Positions 31,540 to 42,639 of a stretch of DNA of 64,000 nucleotides are shown here, in pieces; positions within the stretch are counted from its first letter, which is position 1; each line of letters opens with the position of its first letter. Source of the DNA: the human T2T-CHM13v2.0 reference genome, Homo sapiens. The translations under genes and the position numbers were made by a program. The notes under the pieces are model-generated. The model did no database searches and was not told the origin of the DNA. It was given only the letters and a program-made list of their open reading frames with translations. The DNA lies in the NCBI GenBank assembly GCA_009914755.4, contig CP068257.2:44480001-44544000 (forward strand), in the 5' to 3' direction.

Positions 31540-32300
31540 CTGGATAAGGATACAAGTCACCACACTGGACTGGGGCTCAGCCTGCTCTAGAATACCTCAC
31601 CTAAGTCACACTGGACCAGGCTCAGCCTGCTCTAAGGTGAGCTTACCCGAGACACTGGACCAGAGATCAGCCTATCCTGGGATAAGCTCACCCGAGTCAC
31701 ACTGGACCAGGGCTCAGCCTATTCCGGGATGAGCTCACCCGAGTCACACTGGACCAGGGCTCAGCCTATTCCGGGATGAGCTCACCCGAGTCACACTGGA
31801 CCAGGGCTCAGCCTATTCCGGGATGAGCTCACCCGAGTCACACTGGACCAGGGCTCAGCCTATTCCGGGATGAGCTCACCCGAGTCACACTGGGCCAGGG
31901 CTCAGCCTATTCTAGGATGAGCTCACCCAAGTCACACTGGACCAAGGCTCAGCCTGCTCTAGAATACCTCACCTAAGTCACACTGGACCAGGGCTCAGCC
32001 TGCTCTAAGGTGAGCTCACCCGAGACACTGGGCCAGAGATCAGCCTATTCTGGGATGAGCTCATCCGAGTCACACTGGGCCAGGGCTCAGCCTATTCCAG
32101 GATGAGCTCACCCGAGTCACACTGGACCAGGGCTCAGCCTATTCTAGGATGAGCTCACCAGAGTCACAGTGGACCAAGGCTCAGCCTGCTCTAGGATGAC
32201 CTCACTGGAGTCACACTGGACCAGGACTCAGCCTATTCCAAGATAACCTCACCCAAGTCACACTGGACCAAGCTCACCCTGCTCCAGGATGATCTCACCT
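31540..32300. repeat. minisatellite, about 60-bp unit x12 (gatgagctcacccgagtcacactggaccagggctcagcctattccgg)
   Basis: near-perfect tandem copies visible at 31680-32170. Confidence 0.9.
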
Positions 32301-32339
32301 GAGCTCACTGCATCTGCAAGGACCCCATTTCCAAACAAG

Positions 32340-32800
32340 GTCACATCCAGAGGTCTGGGGCTTAGGGTTAGGGGTTGGGGTTGGGGTTGGGGTTGGGGTT
32401 GGGGGTAGGGGTCAGGAGTCAGGGTCAGATTTAGGGTCAGGGTCAGGGTCAGGGTCAGGGTCAGGTTTAGGGTCAGGGTCAGGTTTAGGGTCAGGGTCAG
32501 GGTCAGGGTGAGGGTCAGGTTTAGGGTCAGGGTGAGGGTCAGGTTTAGGGTCAGGGTGAGGGTCAGGTTTAGGGTCAGGGTGAGGGTCAGGTTTAGGGTC
32601 AGGGTGAGGGTGAGGGTCAGGTTTAGGGTGAGGGTCAGGTTTAGGGTCAGGGTCAGGGTCAGGGTCAGGGTGAGGGTCAGGGTGAGGGTCAGGTTTAGGG
32701 TCAGGGTGAGGGTCAGGGTGAGGGTCAGGTTTAGGGTCAGGGTGAGGGTGAGGGTGAGGGTGAGGGTCAGGTTTAGGGTGAGGGTCAGGGTCAGGAGTCA
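32340..32800. repeat. telomere-like hexamer array (TTAGGG/TTGGGG degenerating into (GGGTCA/GGGTGA)n with GGTTTA punctuation)
   Basis: cttagggttaggggttggggttggggttgggg...ggtcagggtcagggtcaggtttagggtcagggtgaggg. Confidence 0.85.
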
Positions 32801-33359
32801 ACATGTGAAACTGGGGAAATGCAGTTCACTCTGGATACCCTGAAACTTTGTTGTCCTTTGAAAAGACTCACTCTTTTCTTCATACTCCACCGCTCTGTCA
32901 TCTGACCACACAGCCTGCAGCTCCAGGGGAGTACGTCAGTTATTTTCTCTTCCTTTCCTCCTTTTCCCATCCCACAAAAAAACTACGCAAATGCCAGCAG
33001 GAGATGCAGAAGAGGCCCGCCTGTTTTGCTAAGCCCCTGCGCCCTGAGTGTCAGCCCTCAGATCTCTGTGCTCCAGGTGAACACCGCGGGTCCCGCAGGT
33101 GGAGGGAGGCAGAGGCCCCTGCAGGTGCACAGGCTCCACCCACAGGAGCTACACAGGAGCTGCCCAGGGCCTCTGCAGGGAGAGGGCGCTCCCCTCTCTC
33201 GTGCCAGCTCCCACGTGTGCAGCCTCGGACCCTGCAGGGCAGGAACGTCAGTCCCACTGGAAGGGACTTCCAGCTACCTACAGGCTCTACCCACAGCTCC
33301 ACCCAGCAACTGCCGCTCACCATTGGCCCTTCACCAATTACACCACACCAGCATCCCCT

Positions 33360-34010
33360 CACCAGCATCCCTCACAAATGTCCCCTCATGGTCCCAACAC
33401 CAATGTCCCCTCAAATGTCCCCTCATGGTCCCAACACCAATGTCCCCTCACAAATGTCTCCTCCCTCACGGTCCTAACATCAATGTCCCCTCACAAATGT
33501 CCCCTCATGGTCCTAACACCAATGTCCCCTCATGGTCCCAACACCAGTGTCCCCTCACAAATGTCCCCTTCATTGTCCCAACACCAATGTCCCCACACAA
33601 ATGTTCCCTCACGGTCCTAACACCAATGTCCCCTCACAATGTCCCCTCATGGTCCCAACACCAATGCCCCCTCACCGTCCCAACACCAATGTCCCCTCAC
33701 AAATGTCCCCTCACCATCCCCAACACCAATGTCCCCTCACCAATGTCCCCTCCCAGCCTTCCCTCCTGAGTCCCCTCCCCAGTCTCCCCTCCCAGACTCC
33801 CCTCCCAGCCTCCCCTCCCCAGCATTCCCTCCCAGCCTCCCCTCCCCAGCGTTCCCTCCCAGCCTCCCCTCCCAGCCTCCCCTCCCCAGCGTTCCCTCCC
33901 AGCCTCCCCTCCCCAGCCTCCCCTCCCCAGCGTTCCCTCCCAGCCTCCCCTCCCAGCATTCCCTCCCAGCATTCCCTCCCAGTCTCCCCTCCCCGGCACC
34001 CCCTCCCTGT
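33360..34010. repeat. two adjacent C-rich minisatellites: about 30-bp unit (caaatgtcccctcatggtcccaacaccaatgtcccctca), then about 24-bp (cccagcctcccctccccagcgttccct)
   Basis: tandem units visible; repetitive PTPMSPH... peptides in ORFs 33026..33769 and 33532..34035. Confidence 0.85.
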
Positions 34011-35047
34011 CACCCCCTGCCGGCCGGATATGTAGGAACCTTTCATGCTGAGTGATGATGGCCCTGTACCCACACACACCTTGGGTGTTTTTTCTCCCTG
34101 TAGGATTCTTGTCATTTGTCTTGGATGATGACATCTTTTTTCATGAACAAGTATGTTCTATTTTCAGAATGGGAAATCTCTCCAATAAGGCATTTGAGTT
34201 TTCTGCTTCACTCAAGGACACAGTAATCTTCTTTTTAATATCCTGCAGTGCTGACTAACAAATACATTCATACATCATCTGTCACATGTAATAGTCCATC
34301 TAGAAGTAATTTGAGAGTATAGTGATTTGCTAAATTATTTTTTAATGGAGAACTTCTCTGGAGACAGGAGGCTGGCTGGGCAGGGAGCTGAGGCAGGGAG
34401 GAAAAGTCTCCCAGGAGCCACTGGTTGAAGGGTGGACGGGAACTGAGGACAGGGCCAGTACCGTGCTCTGTGGAACTGTCCAGACCTGCCGGGAGCTGCA
34501 CCTGGGAAGCGAGGCTATCCTTCCAGCGTCGAAGGTCCTGCTGTCCCTGGGGTTTCTGTCCCATGCACAGAACCAGGGCCCCTTTCCCTCAGACAAGGGG
34601 CCTCACAGCCCAGGGACCTGCACTGAACCCCAGGTCCTCTGAATACCTGTGACCCTGCCCACTGTGGGCTGCACTGGGTGTCTGGGGACCCTGGCGCTGA
34701 GGTCTGTCTCCTCACGCTGCAACCCCATTCCCTCCAACCCTGGCTCCCATGGGCCACTGACCATATGTCCTGCTCCTGCCCCAAGACCCGCAGCTCAGCT
34801 CTCAGCCCTGCCCCCAAAACCGCCAACACACAACACAGGTTTGGTGCCAAAACTTTACTGGAGGTCACATGGGACTAGGGGCCTTCTGTCCCTGCCAGCG
34901 CCTCCATTCCCAGGCGATGCCCCGCTGCCTGCCCACCTATCCTCCGGGCCCCACACGAACAAGCTGTGTCCCCACCGAGGTCACAGCTCTGCCCTCTGGG
35001 GATGGGCGAGGGAGGGGCCACAGAGCCCGGAGAGGCCTCCCGCACCG

Positions 35048-35134
35048 TCACTCCTGCCGGGTCTCCAAGCAGTCCAGCACCAGTGCAGCCTGGGTCTTGG
35101 CTTCCTGCAGGAGGCTGGAAACACGATGGTGGAT
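35048..35134 (-). CDS. FTCD: FTCD terminal coding exon ([28 protein letters not shown]); 3'UTR continues to about 34.84 kb
   Basis: ORF 35048..35233(-) from residue 34; acceptor tccatcag|ATCCAC on the - strand; stop at 35048..35050. Confidence 0.8.
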
Positions 35135-35299
35135 CTGATGGACACAGGGAAAGAGGGGTCTGGTAGTTCCAGTCTTCAGCCCAGCTTGCTGGGCAGCAAC
35201 CTCCGACCCCCACTGCCCACGGCCAGTCGGCAATCACCCTGAGGCTGTGAATCCAGGCCCCCACGTGGGGTCCGGGCACCACACCTGCCTCCTGCTCAC

Positions 35300-35395
35300 C
35301 TGGTCCTTAAATGCCTCGTCTGTGATGTCCCTCAGGTTGATGAGCACGTTGAAATATGCGCCAAACACGCCCATCTCCAGGGCTTTGGCCGCCAC
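35300..35395 (-). CDS. FTCD: FTCD exon ([32 protein letters not shown])
   Basis: ORF 35234..35923(-) residues 177-208; ccttgcag|GTGGCG ... GACCAG|gtgagc. Confidence 0.8.
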
Positions 35396-35959
35396 CTGCA
35401 AGGACCCCAGGGAGCCCCTACATGGATCAAGGCTGAGCAAACTGCCGGAAGGAGGGTCTCTGCCTGACGGGCTCTGGGACAGGCCGGACTTCGTCCTCCT
35501 CCTCACAAGGAGCCCAGCGCAGCCCCCGCTTTCGCCCCACAGAGGGCTAAGCCCCACCACTGAGCTTAGAAAACAAAACTTTCTCTTATCCAAGCAGGGC
35601 TCAGCCCCACAGGAGGCCTGGGAGCAGTCACACTGGAGGCTCTCCGCCACTCTAGGAACCAGGACCACAGTTCTAGAGACAGTCATCCCCTGGAGGGCCC
35701 CCGGAGGCAGCTTCAGGCTAACGGCCCGCCCACTGCCCAGGGACACTTCCCAGGGACTGAGGGGACACTTCTCTGGGACCAGATGCTGAAAAGAGGCGTC
35801 TTTCCTATAAAGAACCCGAAGACCATGAGGTCTTAGGGCAGCTGCAGAAAGTGCTGAGCCCATGAGAGAGACGCTCCTTCTCTGGGACCCTCTGCCCAGC
35901 TGTGGCCCGTCAGTGTGAGGCATCTACTTCCAAGAGCTGCCTTGTGTGCTTTCTCGTGT

Positions 35960-36250
35960 TTTGTTGTTTTTGACCCAGGGTCTTGCTCTGTCACCAAGGC
36001 TGGAGCGCAGTGGTGTGATCACAGCTCACTGCAGCCTTGACCTCCTGTGCTCAAGCAATTCTCCTGCCTCAGCCTCCCAAGTAGCTGGGACCACAGGCAC
36101 CACCGTGCCTGGCTCATATGTATCTATTGTACAGCCAGGGTCCCACTATGTTGCCCAGGCTGGTCTCGACCTCCTCTATTCAAGTGATCCTCCCGCCTCA
36201 GCCTCCCAAAGTGCTGGGACCACAGGCGAGAACCATTGTGCCTGGGCTGA
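35960..36250 (-). mobile_element. Alu (antisense) in an FTCD intron
   Basis: GGGTCTTGCTCTGTCACCAAGGCTGGAGCGCAGTGGTGTGATCACAGCTCACTGCAGCC...CTGGGACCACAGGC. Confidence 0.88.
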
Positions 36251-36564
36251 CATAGGTGTTTTCTAGAACAAGACAGTGGGGGTGATACAAGGGGTCTTGG
36301 GGGAGTATACACTTATACAGTGGTCAGGGTGGGCTCTGCAGACACATTTGGGTCTCCGTCTGTGGTGCCGCCGTGAGCGAGATCTTAGAAGGCAGCGGAC
36401 ACCCCGGCCCTGTTGGAGGAGGCCAAAGCCCCGGGAACTGCCCGTGAAGTGAGGTCTCCCTACCTGGCTCAGCCCAGCCAACCACCGTGCTCTCCAGCAA
36501 CTCAGCCCCAACAGCTGCTTCCTGCTTTGCGGCAGGAGGCCTGGGGTCCCCCGGGCCCCCCTAC

Positions 36565-36703
36565 CTGGAGGTCTGACCGGCAGGCCAGGTTCCCACACCG
36601 GGCCAGTTCCTGCAGCGCCGGCCACAGCGAGGCCACCGTCTCCGCCAGCGTCAGCGGCACAGAGACTGCCCGCCTCAGACCCTCCTGTAGGGCCGCCGTG
36701 CGC
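36565..36703 (-). CDS. FTCD: FTCD exon ([46 protein letters not shown])
   Basis: ORF 36502..36936(-) residues 78(third nt)-124; tcctttcag|GCGCACG ... CTCCAG|gtaggg. Confidence 0.8.
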
Positions 36704-36936
36704 CTGAAAGGAGCAAGAGGAGAGCCTGAGCACAGCGGCACACACAGGCAGGCAGTGGACACACTGCACCCCAACAGGGCTGAGCAGGCTGCAGAAGCGG
36801 GCGATGGGAAGTCATTCCCAAACACCCAGCACGCCCAGGCCAACCACGCCCCGTCACAGCACCCAGGTACTCGGGATCCTGGCCACCAACTCCCCAGACA
36901 CAGAGGCCCACGGTGCGGCCGGCCCTCCAGGCTCAC

Positions 36937-36980
36937 CTGTCCTTTTCCTCAGGTGTGTTCTTGGGGAGCCTCATTGCTTC
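36937..36980 (-). CDS. FTCD: FTCD exon ([15 protein letters not shown] split)
   Basis: ORF 36933..37181(-) residues 68-82; tttatggcag|GAAGCAATG ... GACAG|gtgagc. Confidence 0.8.
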
Positions 36981-38189
36981 CTGCCATAAAGAGACAGAAC
37001 CACTGGGCGAGGGACCGTAGGGGGAGCAGCCATGCCCTCTGAGCTCCCACAAGGGGCTGTAGCAAGGAGCATGTCCCAGGCAGGGACCAGTTCTCTGGGA
37101 ACCAAGCTTCTGTTGGGCCAGTGGTTTATAGCCCTTAGCATCAGGCTTGGTGGAGGAGCAGGGTAGGGGGGGTCGGGGCACACAGCAGATGGTCAGAGAC
37201 CCGGGGATGTGAGAAGCAGGTAGTTCCCTCAGGGCCCTTATTCTCAGCTAAAGAGCCTGAGGGCCCAGGAGGTCCCCTGAGCCCTCAGAACCTGTAGGCA
37301 GGAGTGGCTCTGGGCCTGTGTCTCCAACACAAGCAGCTGCACCGCCCCCAAGCCTGGGCATAAGAGGCTCAGACTGTGCAGAAGGACCAAGAGCAAACCT
37401 CAAAGCCCCTCATGTCCCTGCCCCGGTCACAGGCACTGGCCTTTCCTAGGTGCTCATGTGTGTAGCTCACGGCGTCACCGTAAGGCACTCGGCTCCTCGG
37501 ACCCACCCCGTGTGGAAGAGCATAGCTGGGACCACACACCAACCTTCCAAGGACCCACTGGGAGCCCTACTCACACGGACTGTGGCCAGAGCCCTGGCCA
37601 AGGGGTTCTCAGTGGGGAATATGCTCACTTCATCTTGGAAGATTCAGCCAACTCTCCACCAGAAAGTCATCATCAACAGCCCCTACCCTCGACCATGGAT
37701 GAGAGCAAATGCTCCCTGGGCGCCAGCCAGATCTGGATCCTTTGACCATTCCGACAGCAGTGATCGAGGAACAGAAATGCCCAGTGTCTCCCTGACTGGC
37801 TGGGGCATCATCCAGACCAGGCCTCCTGGCTGCAGCCCCTCTCCCAGGCTGTCCTCTGCACAAGGGTCTGTAGCAGTTGCAGGCGGAGGCAGGACAGCCA
37901 TCCTCAAGCTGCGACTCGCGCTACGAACACTCTCTCACACCCAGGCCTTGCGGTGTCCATGGTCTCCCTGGGCAGATCTTGGCCAAGGGTGTGCTTTAGG
38001 TGGCCTCATCTGCGTCCGGCCGAGGCCTGCCCGCCCGGTCCGTTTTGTTTTCTGTGATTTATCGTGAGGCTTGGTTGTGTTGGTGATGGGGAAATACAGT
38101 TTTCTATTCCATCTGGAAATTACTTATGTATTTGGTGCAAGGTACAGATATCTCCTTATGTTTTTCAAAAGTCGACCTTTGCATTGCTC

Positions 38190-39365
38190 AGAGGGAGCAT
38201 AAACCAATCCAGCACTCCCCGTCCACCTTCACATTGCTCACAGGGAGTGTACACCAACCCAGCACTCCCCGTCCACCTTCACGTGCCTCACAGGGTGCGT
38301 AAACCAATGCAGCACTCCCCATCCACCTTCACATTGTTCACAGGGAATGTAAATCAACCCAGCCCTCCCCGTCCACCTTCGCATTGCTCAGAGGGAGTGT
38401 AAACCAACCCAGCACTCCCCCGTCCACCTTCACGTGGCTCACAGGGAGTGTAAACCAATCCAGCACTCCCCGTCCACCTTCACGTGGCTCACAGGGAGTG
38501 TAAACCAATCCAGCACTCCCCGTCCACCTTCGCGTGGCTCACAGGGAGTGTAAACCAACCCAGCACTCCTCGTCCACCTTCACATTGTTCGCAGGGAATG
38601 TAAATCAACCCAGCCCTCCCCGTCCACCTTCGCATTGCTCAGAGGGAGTGTAAACCAACCCAGCACTCCCCGTCCACCTTCACGTGGCTCACAGGGAGTG
38701 TAAACCAATCCAGCACTCCCCCGTCCACCTTCACGTGGCTCACAGGGAGTGTAAACCAACCCAGCACTCCTCGTCCACCTTCACGTGGCTCACAGGGAGT
38801 GTAAACCAATCCAGCACTCCCCGTCTGCCTTCACATTGCTCACAGGGAGCGTAAACCAACCCAGCACTCCTCGTCCACCTTCACATTGTTCGCAGGGAAT
38901 GTAAATCAACCCAGCCCTCCCCGTCCACCTTCGCATTGCTCAGAGGGAGTGTAAACCAACCCAGCACTCCCCGTCCACCTTCACGTGGCTCACAGGGAGT
39001 GTAAACCAATCCAGCACTCCCCGTCTGCCTTCACATTGCTCACAGGGAGCGTAAACCAACCCAGCACTCCCCGTCCACCTTCACGTGGCTCACAGGGAGC
39101 GTAAACCAATCCAGCACTCCCCGTCAGCCTTCACATTGCTCACAGGGAGCGTAAACCAATCCAGCACTCCCCGTCTGCCTTCACATTGCTCACAGGGAGC
39201 GTAAACCAATCCAGCACTCCCCGTCCACCTTCACGTGGCTCACAGGGAGTGTAAACCAATCCAGCACTCCCCGTCTGCCTTCACATTGCTCACAGGGAGC
39301 GTAAACCAATCCAGCACTCCCCGTCCACCTTCACGTGGCTCACAGGGAGCGTAAACCAATCCACT
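38190..39365. repeat. 1.2-kb minisatellite, about 59-60-bp unit x20 (agcactccccgtccaccttcacgtggctcacagggagtgtaaaccaatcc)
   Basis: highly regular tandem array with two alternating unit variants (cacattgctcacagggagcg / cacgtggctcacagggagtg). Confidence 0.92.
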
Positions 39366-39559
39366 GATTTCGACCACTGATGCCTAGCACAGTCTCACTG
39401 TCCCCGCTCATGGTTCTCTAAACCACACGTCTTGTTTCCTTCCTGTCCCTTGATTACATTTTCATCTATGTACTTTTCCTACTTGTTTTTTAATTATTCA
39501 CCTTATTTTAAATTTCTAAACATAAAATTGTTCCTATGTTTTATATACATATGTTTACA

Positions 39560-39850
39560 TTAGAGACAGGGTGTCGTTCTGTTGCCCAGGCTAGAGTGCA
39601 GTGGTGCAATCACGACTCACTGCAGCCTCAAACTCCTGGCCTCAAGCTACCCCCACTTAAGCCTCCTGAGTAGCTGGGACCACAGGTACCTGCTACCACG
39701 CCTGGCTTTATTTTTTTTTTTTCTTTTTGGGTGGGTAAATACAGGGTCTTGGTGTGTGGTCTAGGCTGGTTTCAAACACCTGAGCTCAAGGGATTTGCCC
39801 ACCTTGGTTTTCCAAAATGCTAGGATTACAGGTGTGAGCTATCATGCCTG
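39560..39850 (-). mobile_element. Alu fragments (antisense)
   Basis: GAGACAGGGTGTCGTTCTGTTGCCCAGGCTAGAGTGCAGTGGTGCAATCACGACTCACTGCAGCC...; second fragment ...GGATTACAGGTGTGAGCTATCATGCCTGGCC. Confidence 0.8.
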
Positions 39851-40539
39851 GCCTATTTCTAATATTTATACTTAAATTCATGACTGTCTTCAAATGCCTG
39901 TCCGGGTCTAAAGTTCATCAACCCATTAAAGTATAGAAAAGATCATCTTGTTCTGGGGAGGCCATTTGAACTGTGATACAAGACCCAAAAAATATAAAGT
40001 CAGGATTGACACATTCCACGACATAAAGATTAAGAGTCATTGTCAGAAGCCCCACACGCAAAGTCCAAAGACGAACAACAAACGGGGAAAGCTGAGCCCA
40101 GAACAAGGCCTGCCTCCCCTATTAAAAAAAAAAAATACTAGAAGGCAGCGAAAGCCCCAAGAGAAACTAAGATAAAAGGAGTCAAAAAATATTCACCAGA
40201 TAACTTCCTGGAAAAGAAGTAAAAACCACTGCTAAATGTACGGAACATGCTTAACCTGCCCGGTAATGAGAAGCGCATCCCAGAAAGCAGGGTTCTGCAA
40301 GCAGGTGTTGGGTGCCCTGGGCCCCCCCGGGGAGGGGGGTGCTTCCCCCAGTGGAAAACCCAAGGGGCCAGGCTGGGAGCGGGCGGGGCTGTGTGCGAGG
40401 GGAAGGAAAGGCGGAGCTCTGAGGCAGCAAGAGAGGCGAGCACTGGGCGGGCTGTGGCGAAGGCGGGGTGAACCCCCGAAGGGCCTATCTACTGTAAAAA
40501 GTAAATAAATAAAACCTGAATTTTTAAAATGACTGGAAA

Positions 40540-41420
40540 CGGTGATCAGCGTCTACACCTCCCTGCAAACAGTGTGTCCGGAATTGGTTCCTTCTGATGT
40601 TCAGATACGTCCGGAGTTTCTTCCTTCTGGCGGGTTCGTGGTCTTGCCTGACTTCAGGAGTGAAGCCGGAGACCTTCTCAGTGAGCTCTTACAGGTGGCG
40701 CGTCGGGAGCTGTTTCTTCCTCCCGGTGAGGCCGCAGACCTTCACAGTGAGCCATAAGCTCTTACAGGTGGCGCGTCGGGAGCTGTTTCTTCCTCCCCGT
40801 GAGGCCGCCGACCTTCACAGTGAGCGTTAAGCTCTTACAGGTGGCGCGTCGGGAGCTGTTTCTTCCTCCCCGTGAGGCCGCCGACCTTCGCAGCGAGTGT
40901 TACAGCTCTTACAGGTGGCGCGTAGCACAGCTGTTAGCTCCTCCCGGTGGGTTGGTGGTCTCGCTGACTTGAGGAGTGAAGCTACACACCTTGGCAGTGA
41001 GTGTTACAGGTCGTAAAGGTAGCGAAGGCCCAAAGAGTAAGCAGCAGCAAGATTTAGTTCGAAGAGCAAAAGAACAAAGCCCCCACAGCTTGGAACAGAA
41101 CCCGCCACGGTTGGCGCTTGCTGGTTTCGGTGGCCAGCTTTTATGCCCTTATTTGGCCCCGCCCACATCCTGCTGATTGGTCCACTTTACAGAGTGCTGA
41201 TTGGTCCATTTTACAGAGTGCTGATTGGTCCGTTTTTAAAGAGTGCTGATTGGTGCGTTTACAAACCTTTAGCTAGACACAGAGCACTGACTGGTGCGTT
41301 TTTACAATACTTTAGCTAGACAGAGAAGTTCTCCAAGTTCCCACCCCAGTAGCTAGACACAGTGCTGACTGGTGTGTTTACAAACCTTTAGCTAGACAGA
41401 AAAGTTCTCCAAGTCCCCAC
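40540..41420 (+). mobile_element. solitary LTR12-family (HERV9/ERV9) LTR with a U3 tandem-repeat region and multiple ATTGG (CCAAT-box) repeats
   Basis: ctgattggtccattttacagagtgctgattggtccgtttttaaagagtgctgattggtgcgtttacaaacctttagctagacacagagcactgactggtgcgtttttacaatactttagctagacagag is characteristic LTR12 U3; upstream about 59-bp repeats (cttacaggtggcgcgtcgggagctgtttcttcctcc..gtgaggccgccgaccttcacagtgagc) x4. Confidence 0.65.
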
Positions 41421-42639
41421 CAGACCCAGAAGCCCAGCCAGCTTCACCTCTCCACAGGACCAGAACGGGACCCTCAGGCGACTCCCTCTGCAAATCCGGG
41501 ACTGTTTATCCGAGGCCCTCATCTTGGCTCCCTCTGTGCCTGTGTGTGGATTCCACGTGCATTTGGGGCCTGCCTTTCTCACCCAGCCTTGTAAGGTAGA
41601 CTTCCCAACTTAGGGCTGGGGGTCTTGTGGCCCTCCCAGAAACACAGGCGCCCCCACCGCCCTGCTCCAGAGGCTGGGGCACATGTTTCTCTCTCCCTCC
41701 CTCCCACTCTGTCCCTCCCTGTCTCTCTCCCCACCTCCCTCTCTCCCCACTCCCCTCCCTCTCTCCCTACCCCCCCTCCCCATCTCCCTCTTGTGGGCGG
41801 CAAGCCAGCCAGGTGCCCAGGCAAGAGACCGAGGGCACGAGCTGTTTTAGTACAATAAAATATATAAAATAACAAGAGTTGTACTAGATATAGATCATAG
41901 ATATGATTATATATAATTATTAATCATTAGTTTGTAGCAATTACTCTTTAACATTATAATAATCTTTGCTCTGCAATCATAACCTAGGAAAAACCAGGCC
42001 ATACACAGATAGGAGTTGAAGGGGCACGCTAAAAAGTGACCAAAAAACGAGTGTGAGCTCTTTGTCAGGCCTGGGCAGGGCCACTAGAGGGCTCCTTGGT
42101 CTAGCGGTAAGGCCAGCGTCTGGGAAGGCGCCCGTTACCAAGCGGAGCATGGTCTATGGTAGTGTCAGTGCCAAAGAAAAGCATCCGCTACTTAGCAGAT
42201 CGGAAAAGGCAGTCTCCCTTTCTCCAGGGGAGTTTGAAGAAGACTCTGGTCCACCACCTCTTGTAAAGGGCCCACCCGCAGTTATCCCGAGGCCTAATCG
42301 TCTCCCTGTGATGCTGTGCTTTAGAGCTCATGCTCCTGTTTCACTTTTATGTTCCACTCTGTACACCTGGCTCCGCCCTCTAGATAACAGTAGCAAACTT
42401 AGTAAAAGTATTAGTCTTTAATCTTTCTAAAAAGAGGATTAAAAAAAATGATGTGAGCTGTCCTCTCTCTCTCTGCCTCAGCTACCTAACAGGGAAGGGG
42501 CCCCTGTGCGGTGGACATGTGACTCACGTGACCTTATCAATCATTAAAGATGACTCACACTCTTTACCCTGCCTCTTTTGCTTTGTATCCAATAAATAAC
42601 AGCGCAGCCAGGCATTCAGGGCCACTACCGGTCTCCGTG

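Noticed and set aside
32340-32420. True telomere or chromosome end
   Set aside because: Only about 60 bp is close to (TTAGGG)n before it degenerates. Unique sequence and genes continue on both sides. It is an interstitial telomere-like repeat.
38190-39365. Possible CRISPR-like array (regular direct repeats of about 60 bp)
   Set aside because: The units are contiguous with no unique spacers, and the host is clearly a primate genome with Alu, L1 and spliced genes. It is a minisatellite.
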